Shown here: piece by piece, positions 1 to 8,655 of the stretch
Layout of the letters: each line of letters opens with the position of its first letter
How positions within the stretch are numbered: the first letter of the stretch is position 1
Assembly: GCA_037137535.1 (NCBI GenBank)
Contig: JBAXKC010000001.1
Location: 160,001 to 224,000 of the forward strand
Reading direction: 5' to 3'
Length of the DNA stretch: 64,000 nt
Source: a bacterium
GTDB taxonomy: Bacteria; Cyanobacteriota; Vampirovibrionia; Gastranaerophilales; JBAXKC01
Program-made: the position numbers and the translations under genes
The notes under the pieces: model-generated
The model's database searches: none
What the model was told of the DNA's origin: nothing
What the model saw: only the letters and a program-made list of their open reading frames with translations

Positions 1-59
1 ATAGGAAAATTATATAATAATACCTGCAAGTATTCATAATTTATAGGGCTTTGAGCTAA

Positions 60-1013
60 ATGGAAAAAATTCTTGAAATAAATAATCTGAACGTAGGCTT
101 TAATATCGAAGAACAGTTCTTTGAAGCATTGCATGGCGTAACTTTTCACCTTGAAAAAGGTAGGTCATTAGGACTTGTTGGCGAATCAGGCTGTGGTAAA
201 TCCATTACAGCAAGCTCAATTATGCAATTATTACCCTCTAATGCTCTTGTTAAATCAGGAGAAATACTATATAAAAACGAAAATATCTTGAATTATTCAA
301 ATAAACAGATGCAACAACTTAGAGGAAGCAAAATTGTATTAATTCCTCAAGACCCTATGACTTCCTTAAATCCGCTTTACACAATAGGAGAGCAGGTTGT
401 TGAAGCTATAGAATATCATACAGATTTAACTAAAAAAGAAGCTAAACAATTGGCAATAGACACTTTAAAAGCAGTAAAACTACCCGAAGCCGAAAAAAGA
501 TATAATGACTATCCTCACCAATTTTCAGGAGGAATGAGACAAAGAGTAATAATTGCTATGGCTTTGAGCTGTAAACCCGAGCTTATTATTGCAGATGAAC
601 CGACAACAGCCCTTGACGTTACTGTACAGGCTCAAATCCTTGATCTTATAAAAGAAATTCAAAAAAATTACGGTACTTCACTTATTTTAATTACACACGA
701 CTTAGGAGTAGTAGCAGAAACCTGTAACGAAGTCGCTGTTATGTATGCAGGAAGAATTGTTGAATATGCTGATACCATTTCTCTTTTTGAAAATCCAAAG
801 CATCCTTATACTCAAGGATTAATAGAATCATTACCCGATACAAAAGAAAAAAAGCTTTTGACAATTGAAGGACAACCTCCAAGTATTTATGAAACAATAA
901 GCGGATGCCCATTTTACCCCAGATGTTCTAAAAAAATGGAAATCTGTACAACCGCATTTCCAAAAACCACTCAAATATCAGAAAGTCATACAGTAAATTG
1001 TTATCTTTACTAA
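60..1013 (+). CDS. Oligopeptide/dipeptide ABC transporter ATP-binding protein (OppD/DppD family)
   Basis: Walker A GESGCGKS, YPHQFSGGMRQR signature, IIADEPTTALD, C-terminal GCPFYPRC domain. Confidence 0.93.
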   Translation: MEKILEINNLNVGFNIEEQFFEALHGVTFHLEKGRSLGLVGESGCGKSITASSIMQLLPSNALVKSGEILYKNENILNYSNKQMQQLRGSKIVLIPQDPMTSLNPLYTIGEQVVEAIEYHTDLTKKEAKQLAIDTLKAVKLPEAEKRYNDYPHQFSGGMRQRVIIAMALSCKPELIIADEPTTALDVTVQAQILDLIKEIQKNYGTSLILITHDLGVVAETCNEVAVMYAGRIVEYADTISLFENPKHPYTQGLIESLPDTKEKKLLTIEGQPPSIYETISGCPFYPRCSKKMEICTTAFPKTTQISESHTVNCYLY

Positions 1014-1085
1014 AACTATACATTTTGCTTAATGACTGGTAATATTATTATAAGTATATACGGTTATTAAAGCAGGAGTGGCACC

Positions 1086-2009
1086 TTGGACGAAATTCAA
1101 CCTTATTTGCATTATCTTGAAATTGGCGAACTATATTTAAAAGTTGGCGAATATAACAAAGCAAAAGATAGCTTTGAAAAGCTGACCGAATGTAAAGAAC
1201 TTGAAGCTATGGCACATATTAAACTAGCGTCAGTTCAAGTAATATTAAATCACTATAAAACAGCAAAAGAACATTTTTTACGTGCAATAGAAATTGAAAA
1301 AGAAAACTATGTTGTATTATACAACTATGCAAACTTTCTTATTGACGTTCAAGAATATCCTGAAGCTATTGAAAATTATCAGAAAGCTCTTGAGCTTGAA
1401 CCGAGCTTGGCTCTTGCAAATTACAATATGGGACTTGCCTATACAAGACTTGAAAAATTTGAAGAAGCTATAGACTGTTATAATCTTTCATTAAAAATGA
1501 ATCCTGATGATTTTGACTGTCACTTTGATCTTGGTATTCTTTATTTTGAAACAAAACAACTAAAAAAATCTGTTGTTCATTTTCAAAAAGCTCTTGAATT
1601 AAATCCAGGTTCAAGCAAGTGTTATGAATATATGGCTCAATGTTTTATAGCTACAAATCAAGAGACAATCGCTATGACTCTTTACAAAAAAGCACTTGCC
1701 TTAAGTCCCGAAGATGCTGTTCTTTATTATAAAATAGGCGATTTGTTCTTATCTCAGGACAAAGCAGACGAGGCAATAAAATACTTTGATGAAGCATTAA
1801 GCCTAAATGCTGTTGATGCTCTTCTCATCTACAAAAGAGCCTGCAGCTATGCCAGCCTTGGAAATAATGACGAAGCATTAAAGGAACTTTCTATAGCAGT
1901 TGAATTTAATGAAGTTATTAAAGATCTTGCAATTATGGAAAAGAGTTTCGAGCTCTTAAAAGAAAACCCTAAATTTAAAGAAATTGTTAAAACAACAGAA
2001 AAACAATAG
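1086..2009 (+). CDS. Tetratricopeptide repeat protein
   Basis: Multiple TPR units (AIENYQKALELEP, AIDCYNLSLKMNP); TTG start after AGGAG. Confidence 0.88.
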   Translation: MDEIQPYLHYLEIGELYLKVGEYNKAKDSFEKLTECKELEAMAHIKLASVQVILNHYKTAKEHFLRAIEIEKENYVVLYNYANFLIDVQEYPEAIENYQKALELEPSLALANYNMGLAYTRLEKFEEAIDCYNLSLKMNPDDFDCHFDLGILYFETKQLKKSVVHFQKALELNPGSSKCYEYMAQCFIATNQETIAMTLYKKALALSPEDAVLYYKIGDLFLSQDKADEAIKYFDEALSLNAVDALLIYKRACSYASLGNNDEALKELSIAVEFNEVIKDLAIMEKSFELLKENPKFKEIVKTTEKQ

Positions 2010-2019
2010 TTCTGTTGTA

Positions 2020-2066
2020 TTGACTAGAATAATTATTATGATTATAGTTGTTATTGCAACTATAAT
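2020..2066 (+). promoter_or_regulatory. Sigma70-type promoter overlapped by a palindromic operator, probably for MarR autoregulation
   Basis: TTGACT(2020-2025)-17 nt-TATAGT(2043-2048); perfect inverted repeat ATTATAGTTG-N6-CAACTATAAT at 2041-2066. Confidence 0.7.
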
Positions 2067-2094
2067 CTTTTTTTATATTAATAAAGCATCTAAA

Positions 2095-2550
2095 ATGACA
2101 AAAAATAACAAATGTGAACTAAATTTTGAAGAATCCATAGCGTATGTAATTAATAGAACCGCTATTAAACTAAAAACATACCTATTTAAGCAATTCAAAG
2201 ACAGCGGATTTGATATAACTCCCGAGCAACTTGCAGTTTTAATCGGATTATCACAAAAAAACGGGCAATATCAAAAAGAACTTGGCGATAAAATCTTAAA
2301 AGACAAACCTAATATGACAAGGCTTCTTGATATATTAGAAAAAAGAGGTCTTATTACAAGGAAATCAGATAAAACCGACCGCAGAAAATTTAAAATTTTC
2401 ATAACTAAAGAAGGTGAAACAACTTTAGAATTACTCCTTCCAATTACAGTTGAAGCCAGAAACAAAGCTATCAAAGACATTAAAGATGAAGAAATTGAAC
2501 AAGTCATAAAAATATTAAATAAAATAACCTTAAACATTGAAAACGTATAG
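2095..2550 (+). CDS. MarR family transcriptional regulator
   Basis: ITPEQLAVL...DKPNMTRLLDILEKRGLITR..DKTDRR..ITKEG winged helix; start moved from 1984 to ATG 2095, downstream of the promoter. Confidence 0.9.
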   Translation: MTKNNKCELNFEESIAYVINRTAIKLKTYLFKQFKDSGFDITPEQLAVLIGLSQKNGQYQKELGDKILKDKPNMTRLLDILEKRGLITRKSDKTDRRKFKIFITKEGETTLELLLPITVEARNKAIKDIKDEEIEQVIKILNKITLNIENV

Positions 2551-2565
2551 TGAAGAGAACGAATA

Positions 2566-4062
2566 ATGCCTTTTAAAAAAAATCTTTTATTAAGCATAAT
2601 TATAATGAGCTTTGGATTAAATTCTGTTTTTGCGCAGGAGATTAAAAAAACTGAGACTCCAAAAACATCATCAAAAGTCATTACACCATGTAAAACCACT
2701 CAAATAAAAGAGAAAAAGCCAAACTACGCAAAATTATATTCAGAAATAACGCTTAATTTACAAGAAAACAAAATGACTTTAAGTTTGCTTGATAGTCTTA
2801 ATATTGCATTAAAAGAAAATTTTGACATTCAATCAATAACAGCTGAAAAAGATCGCCAAAAGTGGCTTTATCGTCAGCAGTTATCTACTTTTTTACCTGA
2901 CATAACGGCTGATTATACTTACACAAAATTTAATGGAAATATTTTAGTTGAATACGCTTTTTTGCTTAATGAAAAAGGCAACAGCGTAGATATGGGAATA
3001 AATGGAAATTGGGACGTATTTACAGGGTTTAGAAGGCTCTATAATACAAAAGAATTCAAAAACCTTTATAAGTCTGCTATTAAACAAAAAGATAGAACAG
3101 TAAATCAAGTATTATTAGACACTACTACCCAATATTATCGATTATTACAAGCTAAATTCAATATAAAAATATATCAGACAGCTCTTGCAAGTGCTCAGGC
3201 ACAATTAAAAATAAATCAAGAACAGCTTGCAGCAGGAGTAGGGACAAAATTTGACGTTTTAAGAGCCGAAGCGGAAGTAGCTTCCTTTGAACAGCTTTTA
3301 CTTGAAACGCAAAATAATTATAGACTTGCTCAAGCCCAGCTTTCTCAAACAATTGGAATTAATGTATTTACATTAGTTGAACCATTAGATGAAGAAATAC
3401 AACAGAAAGATTTATTTAAAGACACCTTAAACCTTAATAAACTTGTTGAAATAGCCCTTTACAACCAACCTGATATATTTATAGCTCAATATGACCTTAA
3501 TGCGACAAAATCCCGAAGAAACTCCGCTTATTCAGCTTATTTACCAACTATAAGCCTTAGAGAAAGAGGAGCCGAAGTCGGAGAAGATCATTCACACTTA
3601 GGACACAACAGAACAAGACAAATTGTTGCAACATGGACAGGTGGAACAGGTCTTGGACTATATTCCTTCAGTGAAATAAAAGCATTAAATGAAGAAGTTA
3701 AAAAATCTCAAATAAATAAAATTATCGTAGCAAGAGATGTTCAACAAAAGGTTTTAGCTGCATACAATCGAGTTATAACAACAAAAGAAGTAGTTGTGGC
3801 CGCACAAAAAGAAGTTCAATCAGCTGATGAAAGTTTAAGGCTGTCACTTGTCAGGCTAAAAGCAGGAGTTGGCATATACGTTGATGTATTAAATGCTCAA
3901 GACACACAAAATAGAGCTATGGTAAAATACTTAAATGCACTAAGCGACTATAATATTTTTCAGGCACAATTGCTTTACGAAACAGGGCTTATCTCTGAAA
4001 GCAATCTGATTGACGGTGTTACTCCAGCAAAATTACCAACTAAAGAACCGAAGAAAAAATGA
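2566..4062 (+). CDS. TolC family outer-membrane efflux protein
   Basis: Signal peptide; two OEP repeats (AGVGTKFDVLRAE, AGVGIYVDVLNAQ). Confidence 0.9.
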   Translation: MPFKKNLLLSIIIMSFGLNSVFAQEIKKTETPKTSSKVITPCKTTQIKEKKPNYAKLYSEITLNLQENKMTLSLLDSLNIALKENFDIQSITAEKDRQKWLYRQQLSTFLPDITADYTYTKFNGNILVEYAFLLNEKGNSVDMGINGNWDVFTGFRRLYNTKEFKNLYKSAIKQKDRTVNQVLLDTTTQYYRLLQAKFNIKIYQTALASAQAQLKINQEQLAAGVGTKFDVLRAEAEVASFEQLLLETQNNYRLAQAQLSQTIGINVFTLVEPLDEEIQQKDLFKDTLNLNKLVEIALYNQPDIFIAQYDLNATKSRRNSAYSAYLPTISLRERGAEVGEDHSHLGHNRTRQIVATWTGGTGLGLYSFSEIKALNEEVKKSQINKIIVARDVQQKVLAAYNRVITTKEVVVAAQKEVQSADESLRLSLVRLKAGVGIYVDVLNAQDTQNRAMVKYLNALSDYNIFQAQLLYETGLISESNLIDGVTPAKLPTKEPKKK

Positions 4063-4898
4063 AACAAAAACCTAAAAAAATAAGAATAGATGCTTTACTT
4101 GTAGAACGTGGTCTTTTTGAAACAAAAACTCAAGCTCAAAAAGCAATCTCTGACGGTAAAGTTAAGATAAACGGAATGATCTGTGAAAAAGCAGGAGCGC
4201 AATTTCTTGAAAATGTTCATTTAGAAATTGAAGCGGAAAAACTCCCTTATGTAAGTCGTGGAGGACTTAAACTCGAAAGAGCAATAAACGAATTCGGCCT
4301 AGACTTAAAAGATAAAATTTGTATTGATGCAGGAGCATCAACAGGCGGTTTTACTGACTGTATGCTTCAAAATGGAGCAAAAATAGTCTATGCCGTTGAT
4401 GTTGGCTACGGACAAATTGCATGGAGTCTAAGAACAAATCCACAAGTAGTCGTTATTGAAAAAACAAACATCCGAAATGCTGAATTTGAGCAGATATATA
4501 AAAAAACAAGTCCAACAGATACTGAAAATATGGCAAATTTTTGCTCTATGGATCTTTCCTTTATTTCCATAACCAAAGTATTAGAAAATATTAAAAAATT
4601 GATGAGACCTGAAAATATACAAATTCTTGCCTTAATTAAACCTCAATTTGAAGCAGGGAAAGAAGAAGTTCCTAAAACAGGTGTAATTAAAGATAAATCC
4701 GTACATGTTAAAGTAATTAAAAATATAATTGAGTTTGCTTGCAATTTAGAATTATATCCAGTAAATTTAACTTATTCACCTATTAAAGGCCCTGCCGGAA
4801 ATATCGAATATCTTATTTATTTAAAAGATACAAAAACTGATAATTTTCATGCTGATAGTGTAGAAAAGGTTGTAAATAGCGCAAATGACCTCTTATAA
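4059..4898 (+). CDS. tlyA: TlyA family rRNA methyltransferase
   Basis: S4 domain, YVSRGGLKL, DAGASTGGFTD, LIKPQFEAG, SPIKGPAGNIEYL. Confidence 0.95.
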   Translation: MKQKPKKIRIDALLVERGLFETKTQAQKAISDGKVKINGMICEKAGAQFLENVHLEIEAEKLPYVSRGGLKLERAINEFGLDLKDKICIDAGASTGGFTDCMLQNGAKIVYAVDVGYGQIAWSLRTNPQVVVIEKTNIRNAEFEQIYKKTSPTDTENMANFCSMDLSFISITKVLENIKKLMRPENIQILALIKPQFEAGKEEVPKTGVIKDKSVHVKVIKNIIEFACNLELYPVNLTYSPIKGPAGNIEYLIYLKDTKTDNFHADSVEKVVNSANDLL

Positions 4899-5772
4899 AG
4901 TTCACCCTTCAAGCGGAAAAACTTTTGATATAAATAACATAGGTATTATCTATAATATCGAACATAAAGGTGTTGAAAAAGTTGTTGAAAAGCTTGAAAA
5001 TGCACTTGAAAAATATTGCTTTAACTTTGTAAAAAAACATATTTCGCCCACTCAACAAAAAGAAATAGAAGCCTTTAAATTAAAAGTAGACCTTGTAATA
5101 GTTGTAGGCGGCGACGGAACTTTTCTTGCCGCTGCGAGATATTTTTCAAAATATAACATTCCCCTTCTTGGAATAAATACAGGGCGATTAGGCTTTCTTG
5201 CACAAATTCAAACACATGAAATAGAAGATGGAATAGAAAAAATACTTAAGGGTAAGTTTACCGTTGAAGAAAGACTTATGCTACAAGCTAAAAGCGAACA
5301 AGGACAAAGCTATTCTGCTTTAAATGACATTGTAATAAGGGGAAGCTCTATTACAAGGACAGCTAAACTTTTCATGTATATCAATGAGAAACATGTTTGT
5401 GATTATGTGGCAGATGGATTAATAATCTCAACCCCAACAGGCTCAACAGCTTATACTCTTTCAGCTGGAGGTCCTGTGCTTCATCCAAATCTGAATGCAT
5501 TTGTAATAGTTCCAATATGTCCGCATGCCCTTACTGCAAGACCTCTTGTCGTTCCTGCAAGCGAAAAAGTAAGAATAGAGCTTAAAAGCACAAATGAAGA
5601 TTTTTTATTAACTGCGGACGGACAAAAAAATATAACAATAAAAGGCAGCGAAAATATATTCATTGAAAAATATAATCATAATGCAAAACTTATCTCCATA
5701 GAAAACAATAACTTTTATTATATTTTAAGAAATAAACTTCATTGGGGAGTATCACCTGCGGGAAATTTCTAA
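4885..5772 (+). CDS. nadK: NAD(+) kinase
   Basis: GGDGTFL, GRLGFL, ALND, DGLIISTPTGSTAYTLSAGGP. Confidence 0.95.
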   Translation: MTSYKVHPSSGKTFDINNIGIIYNIEHKGVEKVVEKLENALEKYCFNFVKKHISPTQQKEIEAFKLKVDLVIVVGGDGTFLAAARYFSKYNIPLLGINTGRLGFLAQIQTHEIEDGIEKILKGKFTVEERLMLQAKSEQGQSYSALNDIVIRGSSITRTAKLFMYINEKHVCDYVADGLIISTPTGSTAYTLSAGGPVLHPNLNAFVIVPICPHALTARPLVVPASEKVRIELKSTNEDFLLTADGQKNITIKGSENIFIEKYNHNAKLISIENNNFYYILRNKLHWGVSPAGNF

Positions 5773-5838
5773 TAAGATTGCAAAAAGCTAAAAATAAGTT
5801 ATATTGTTAAATAGAGGTAAAACTCAGGAGAAAATAAT

Positions 5839-6171
5839 ATGACTAATAATTTGAATATATGCGTTTTATGCGGACAAAATTTAAAAAATGTAACCGATGA
5901 GGACAAACTAGAATTTAAAGACACAACAGTTTTATATTCATGTCCAACCTGTAAATTAATTTATGATGATTCAATTCATGCCTATTATAAAAATGGAAAT
6001 TCTATTGAAGCAAAGAACTTACAAGCAATAAGAACCTTTTTCAAAGAAGAAATGGATGACAATATTAAAGTCTTAACAATAGATAATATGGATAAAATTA
6101 TAAGCGAGGTAAAATACAGAATGGGTGAATTTAATATTTTCAACAACACTCCAAAAGAGATATATGAATAA
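5839..6171 (+). CDS. Small hypothetical protein with CxxC...CxxC zinc-ribbon-like N-terminus
   Basis: CVLC and CPTC; AGGAG RBS. Confidence 0.7.
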   Translation: MTNNLNICVLCGQNLKNVTDEDKLEFKDTTVLYSCPTCKLIYDDSIHAYYKNGNSIEAKNLQAIRTFFKEEMDDNIKVLTIDNMDKIISEVKYRMGEFNIFNNTPKEIYE

Positions 6172-6256
6172 TTAAATTGTGTATAATTTTAGACTATGGG
6201 ATAATCTCTTATAAAAATCCGTATATAAATTTCAAGAAGGTCTAAAATCAATACTT

Positions 6257-7210
6257 ATGAGTAATTTTCTAGTTATAAATCTATCATATTTTGGTGATGT
6301 TCTATTAACAAACGCTCTATGTCAGAATATAAAACTGGAATATCCTGAATCTAAAGTTATTTTTGCAGTAGATAAACCATTTTATGAAGCTGCAAAATAT
6401 ATGAAAGATGTTGACGATGTTCTGGCTTTTGATAAAAGAGGAGAACATAAAGGATTATTAGGCCTTTTAAAGTTTGTGACTAATTGTAAATATAAATTCA
6501 AAATAGACACCGCTTTCATAATGTACGGAAATGACAGGGGAATTTTGTTGTCCTTTTTTCTTGGTGTAAAAAAAAGAATCAGCGCTACTCCAAAGATAAC
6601 AAGACGATTATTGACGCATCAGGATCTTGATTTTGAAAACTATCACCAGACCCAAGATACAAACGCAAGTTTTCTTAAAACTCTTACAAATAAATCAATT
6701 ACTCCATTACCAATAAAATATCTTCCAGCAAAAGAAGCAATATCTTTTGCTGAAAATTTATTTTCAGAATTTGGAATAACCACAGATGACGAAGTTATAG
6801 GAATTTGTGCAACAAGCAAACGAATAGAAAAAGATATTCCTGTTAAAGATTGCGTTGACTTAATTAATCATTTAACAAAAAACAATAAAAAAGTACTTTT
6901 CACCGGAGCTGGAAAGCGTTCCGTCGACTATATAACTCAGATTCAAGAATTAGGTTGCAATAATTTTATTGATTTAGTAAATAAAACAACAATTTCTCAA
7001 TTAGCAAGCGTAATTAAAAAGTGTGATAAGTTTATTAGCGTAGATACAGGAACAATGCACCTCACATGTGCTATTGAAACGCCATTATTAGCCTTATTTT
7101 ATGACCCTTCTTGCATAGAAAGATGGGCGCCAAAAGAATTTTACAATCATAAGTTGCTAAAAGAGAATATAACTGTTGAAAATATTTTAGAAACTTTAGC
7201 TGAAATATAG
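6257..7210 (+). CDS. Glycosyltransferase family 9 (heptosyltransferase-like)
   Basis: SYFGDVLLT, FISVDTGTMHL, RWAP. Confidence 0.9.
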   Translation: MSNFLVINLSYFGDVLLTNALCQNIKLEYPESKVIFAVDKPFYEAAKYMKDVDDVLAFDKRGEHKGLLGLLKFVTNCKYKFKIDTAFIMYGNDRGILLSFFLGVKKRISATPKITRRLLTHQDLDFENYHQTQDTNASFLKTLTNKSITPLPIKYLPAKEAISFAENLFSEFGITTDDEVIGICATSKRIEKDIPVKDCVDLINHLTKNNKKVLFTGAGKRSVDYITQIQELGCNNFIDLVNKTTISQLASVIKKCDKFISVDTGTMHLTCAIETPLLALFYDPSCIERWAPKEFYNHKLLKENITVENILETLAEI

Positions 7211-7212
7211 TT

Positions 7213-7851
7213 TTAAAGCTCATCATCAGGGAGCAAAATCTTGCCTTCTGCTACAGCTTCATTAAAAATCTCTTTCATTTTAGCTGAAATATGTCGACCT
7301 GCAAGACAATGCATATAAAATGGGGGAGGATTCTCATTTAATAATTTACAGAATTCCTCTTTAATTTTTTTTCTTTCTTCAGGATTTTCCAAGCGATCCC
7401 AACCTTCTGTAGACCAAAGAGGTAAACATTTAAAAGTTATTTGATTTAAAGGATTCTTTTTATTATAGTTATTAATTAAATCTACTTCAGAACTTATATA
7501 TTCTTCATTCTCAGGAGCCACAAAACTAATTATTGTATTAACTCCTTTATTCACAATATAACGAAATTCATTAGAGTTCTCAAGGCAACTGCCTTTATAC
7601 AAAAAATCAGAATGCACTTTTTCAAAGGCCTCTGGCTCTTGAATTCCGCTCGCTGTAAAACTTGTATTAATATTTTTAGAATTTATTAAAAAAAAAGCTG
7701 AACTATTATTTGAAGGAAACAAAGTCTTATCTTTATAACTACTTTTTAAACCCTGATTTTCATCTATATTATTTACAGTCGCATTCATTTTATTATTAGT
7801 TTTATTATTTTTTGTCATTACTGAAAAATTATAATTTTTAATATTTAACAT
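7213..7851 (-). CDS. Protein-tyrosine/dual-specificity phosphatase-like protein with degenerate P-loop
   Basis: LYKGS, GVNTIISF, PFYMHCLAGRHIS; start at MLNIK chosen from RBS spacing and the paralog. Confidence 0.65.
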   Translation of the reverse strand: MLNIKNYNFSVMTKNNKTNNKMNATVNNIDENQGLKSSYKDKTLFPSNNSSAFFLINSKNINTSFTASGIQEPEAFEKVHSDFLYKGSCLENSNEFRYIVNKGVNTIISFVAPENEEYISSEVDLINNYNKKNPLNQITFKCLPLWSTEGWDRLENPEERKKIKEEFCKLLNENPPPFYMHCLAGRHISAKMKEIFNEAVAEGKILLPDDEL

Positions 7852-7903
7852 GATTAACATCCTCCCAGTTGATTAAAACATATAAATCAAAGAAATTGCT
7901 TTT

Positions 7904-8534
7904 TTATAATTCTTCATCAGGGAGCAAAATCTTGCCTTCTGCCAAAGCTTCATTAAAAATATTTTTCATTTCATTAGAAATATCTATACCTGCAAGACAA
8001 TGCATATAAAACGATGAGGGATTTGTATTTATTATTTTGCAAAACTCTGCTTTTATTTTTCTCTCTGATTCGAATCTTTTAATCCGTTCCATGTTTCGGG
8101 AGCCCATAGAGGTAAGCACTTAAAAGTAATCTGATCCAGCGGATTATTTTTATTATAATTCTCGATTAAATCTATTTCTTTGTTAATATATTTGATTTTT
8201 TTAGGATCGACAAAACTAATAATTGTCTTAACTTTTTTATTCACTATATAACGAAATTTATCAGTATTAACAATACATTCCCCTTTATATAAAAAGCTGG
8301 GAGCTATTTCTTCAAAATTTTCAGGTTTTTGAATACCTGCGGCTGTAAAATTTGTCTTTATATTAATATTTTTAGCATTTATTAATAACCACTCGAAAAT
8401 AATGACTTGTCTTCATCAATACTTTGGAATTTTGAATTTTTATCAAACTCTATAGTCTTTACCTCTGCTTTTATAGGATTCTTTTTAGTATTTGTTAAAA
8501 CCGGCAAATTATTGTGATTTTTAATATTTAGCAT
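7904..8534 (-). pseudogene. Frameshifted tandem paralog of the 7213-7851 PTP-like gene
   Basis: Starts MLNIKNHN at 8534; frameshift near 8385-8400, resumes LLINAKNINIKTNFTAAGIQKPENFE...; second frameshift in an A-run near 8056-8060; ends FYMHCLAGIDIS...EGKILLPDEEL. Confidence 0.85.
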
Positions 8535-8588
8535 AACTCTCTCCTTCTTTGGTCATATTAAAGTGGCTAAATATTAAATTTGATACGA

Positions 8589-8629
8589 AAAACCTCTACA
8601 ATTAGAAAAATTCTTCTTGTAGAGGTTTT
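8589..8629 (-). terminator. Inverted repeat downstream of ppdK
   Basis: AAAACCTCTACAA...TTGTAGAGGTTTT. Confidence 0.7.
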
Positions 8630-8655
8630 ACTTATATTTATAAAATTAAACGAAA

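Noticed and set aside
1984-2094. Apparent N-terminal TM helix on MarR (membrane-anchored MarR)
   Set aside because: The extension overlaps the upstream gene and is the translation of the AT-rich promoter/operator; ATG 2095 gives a normal-length MarR.
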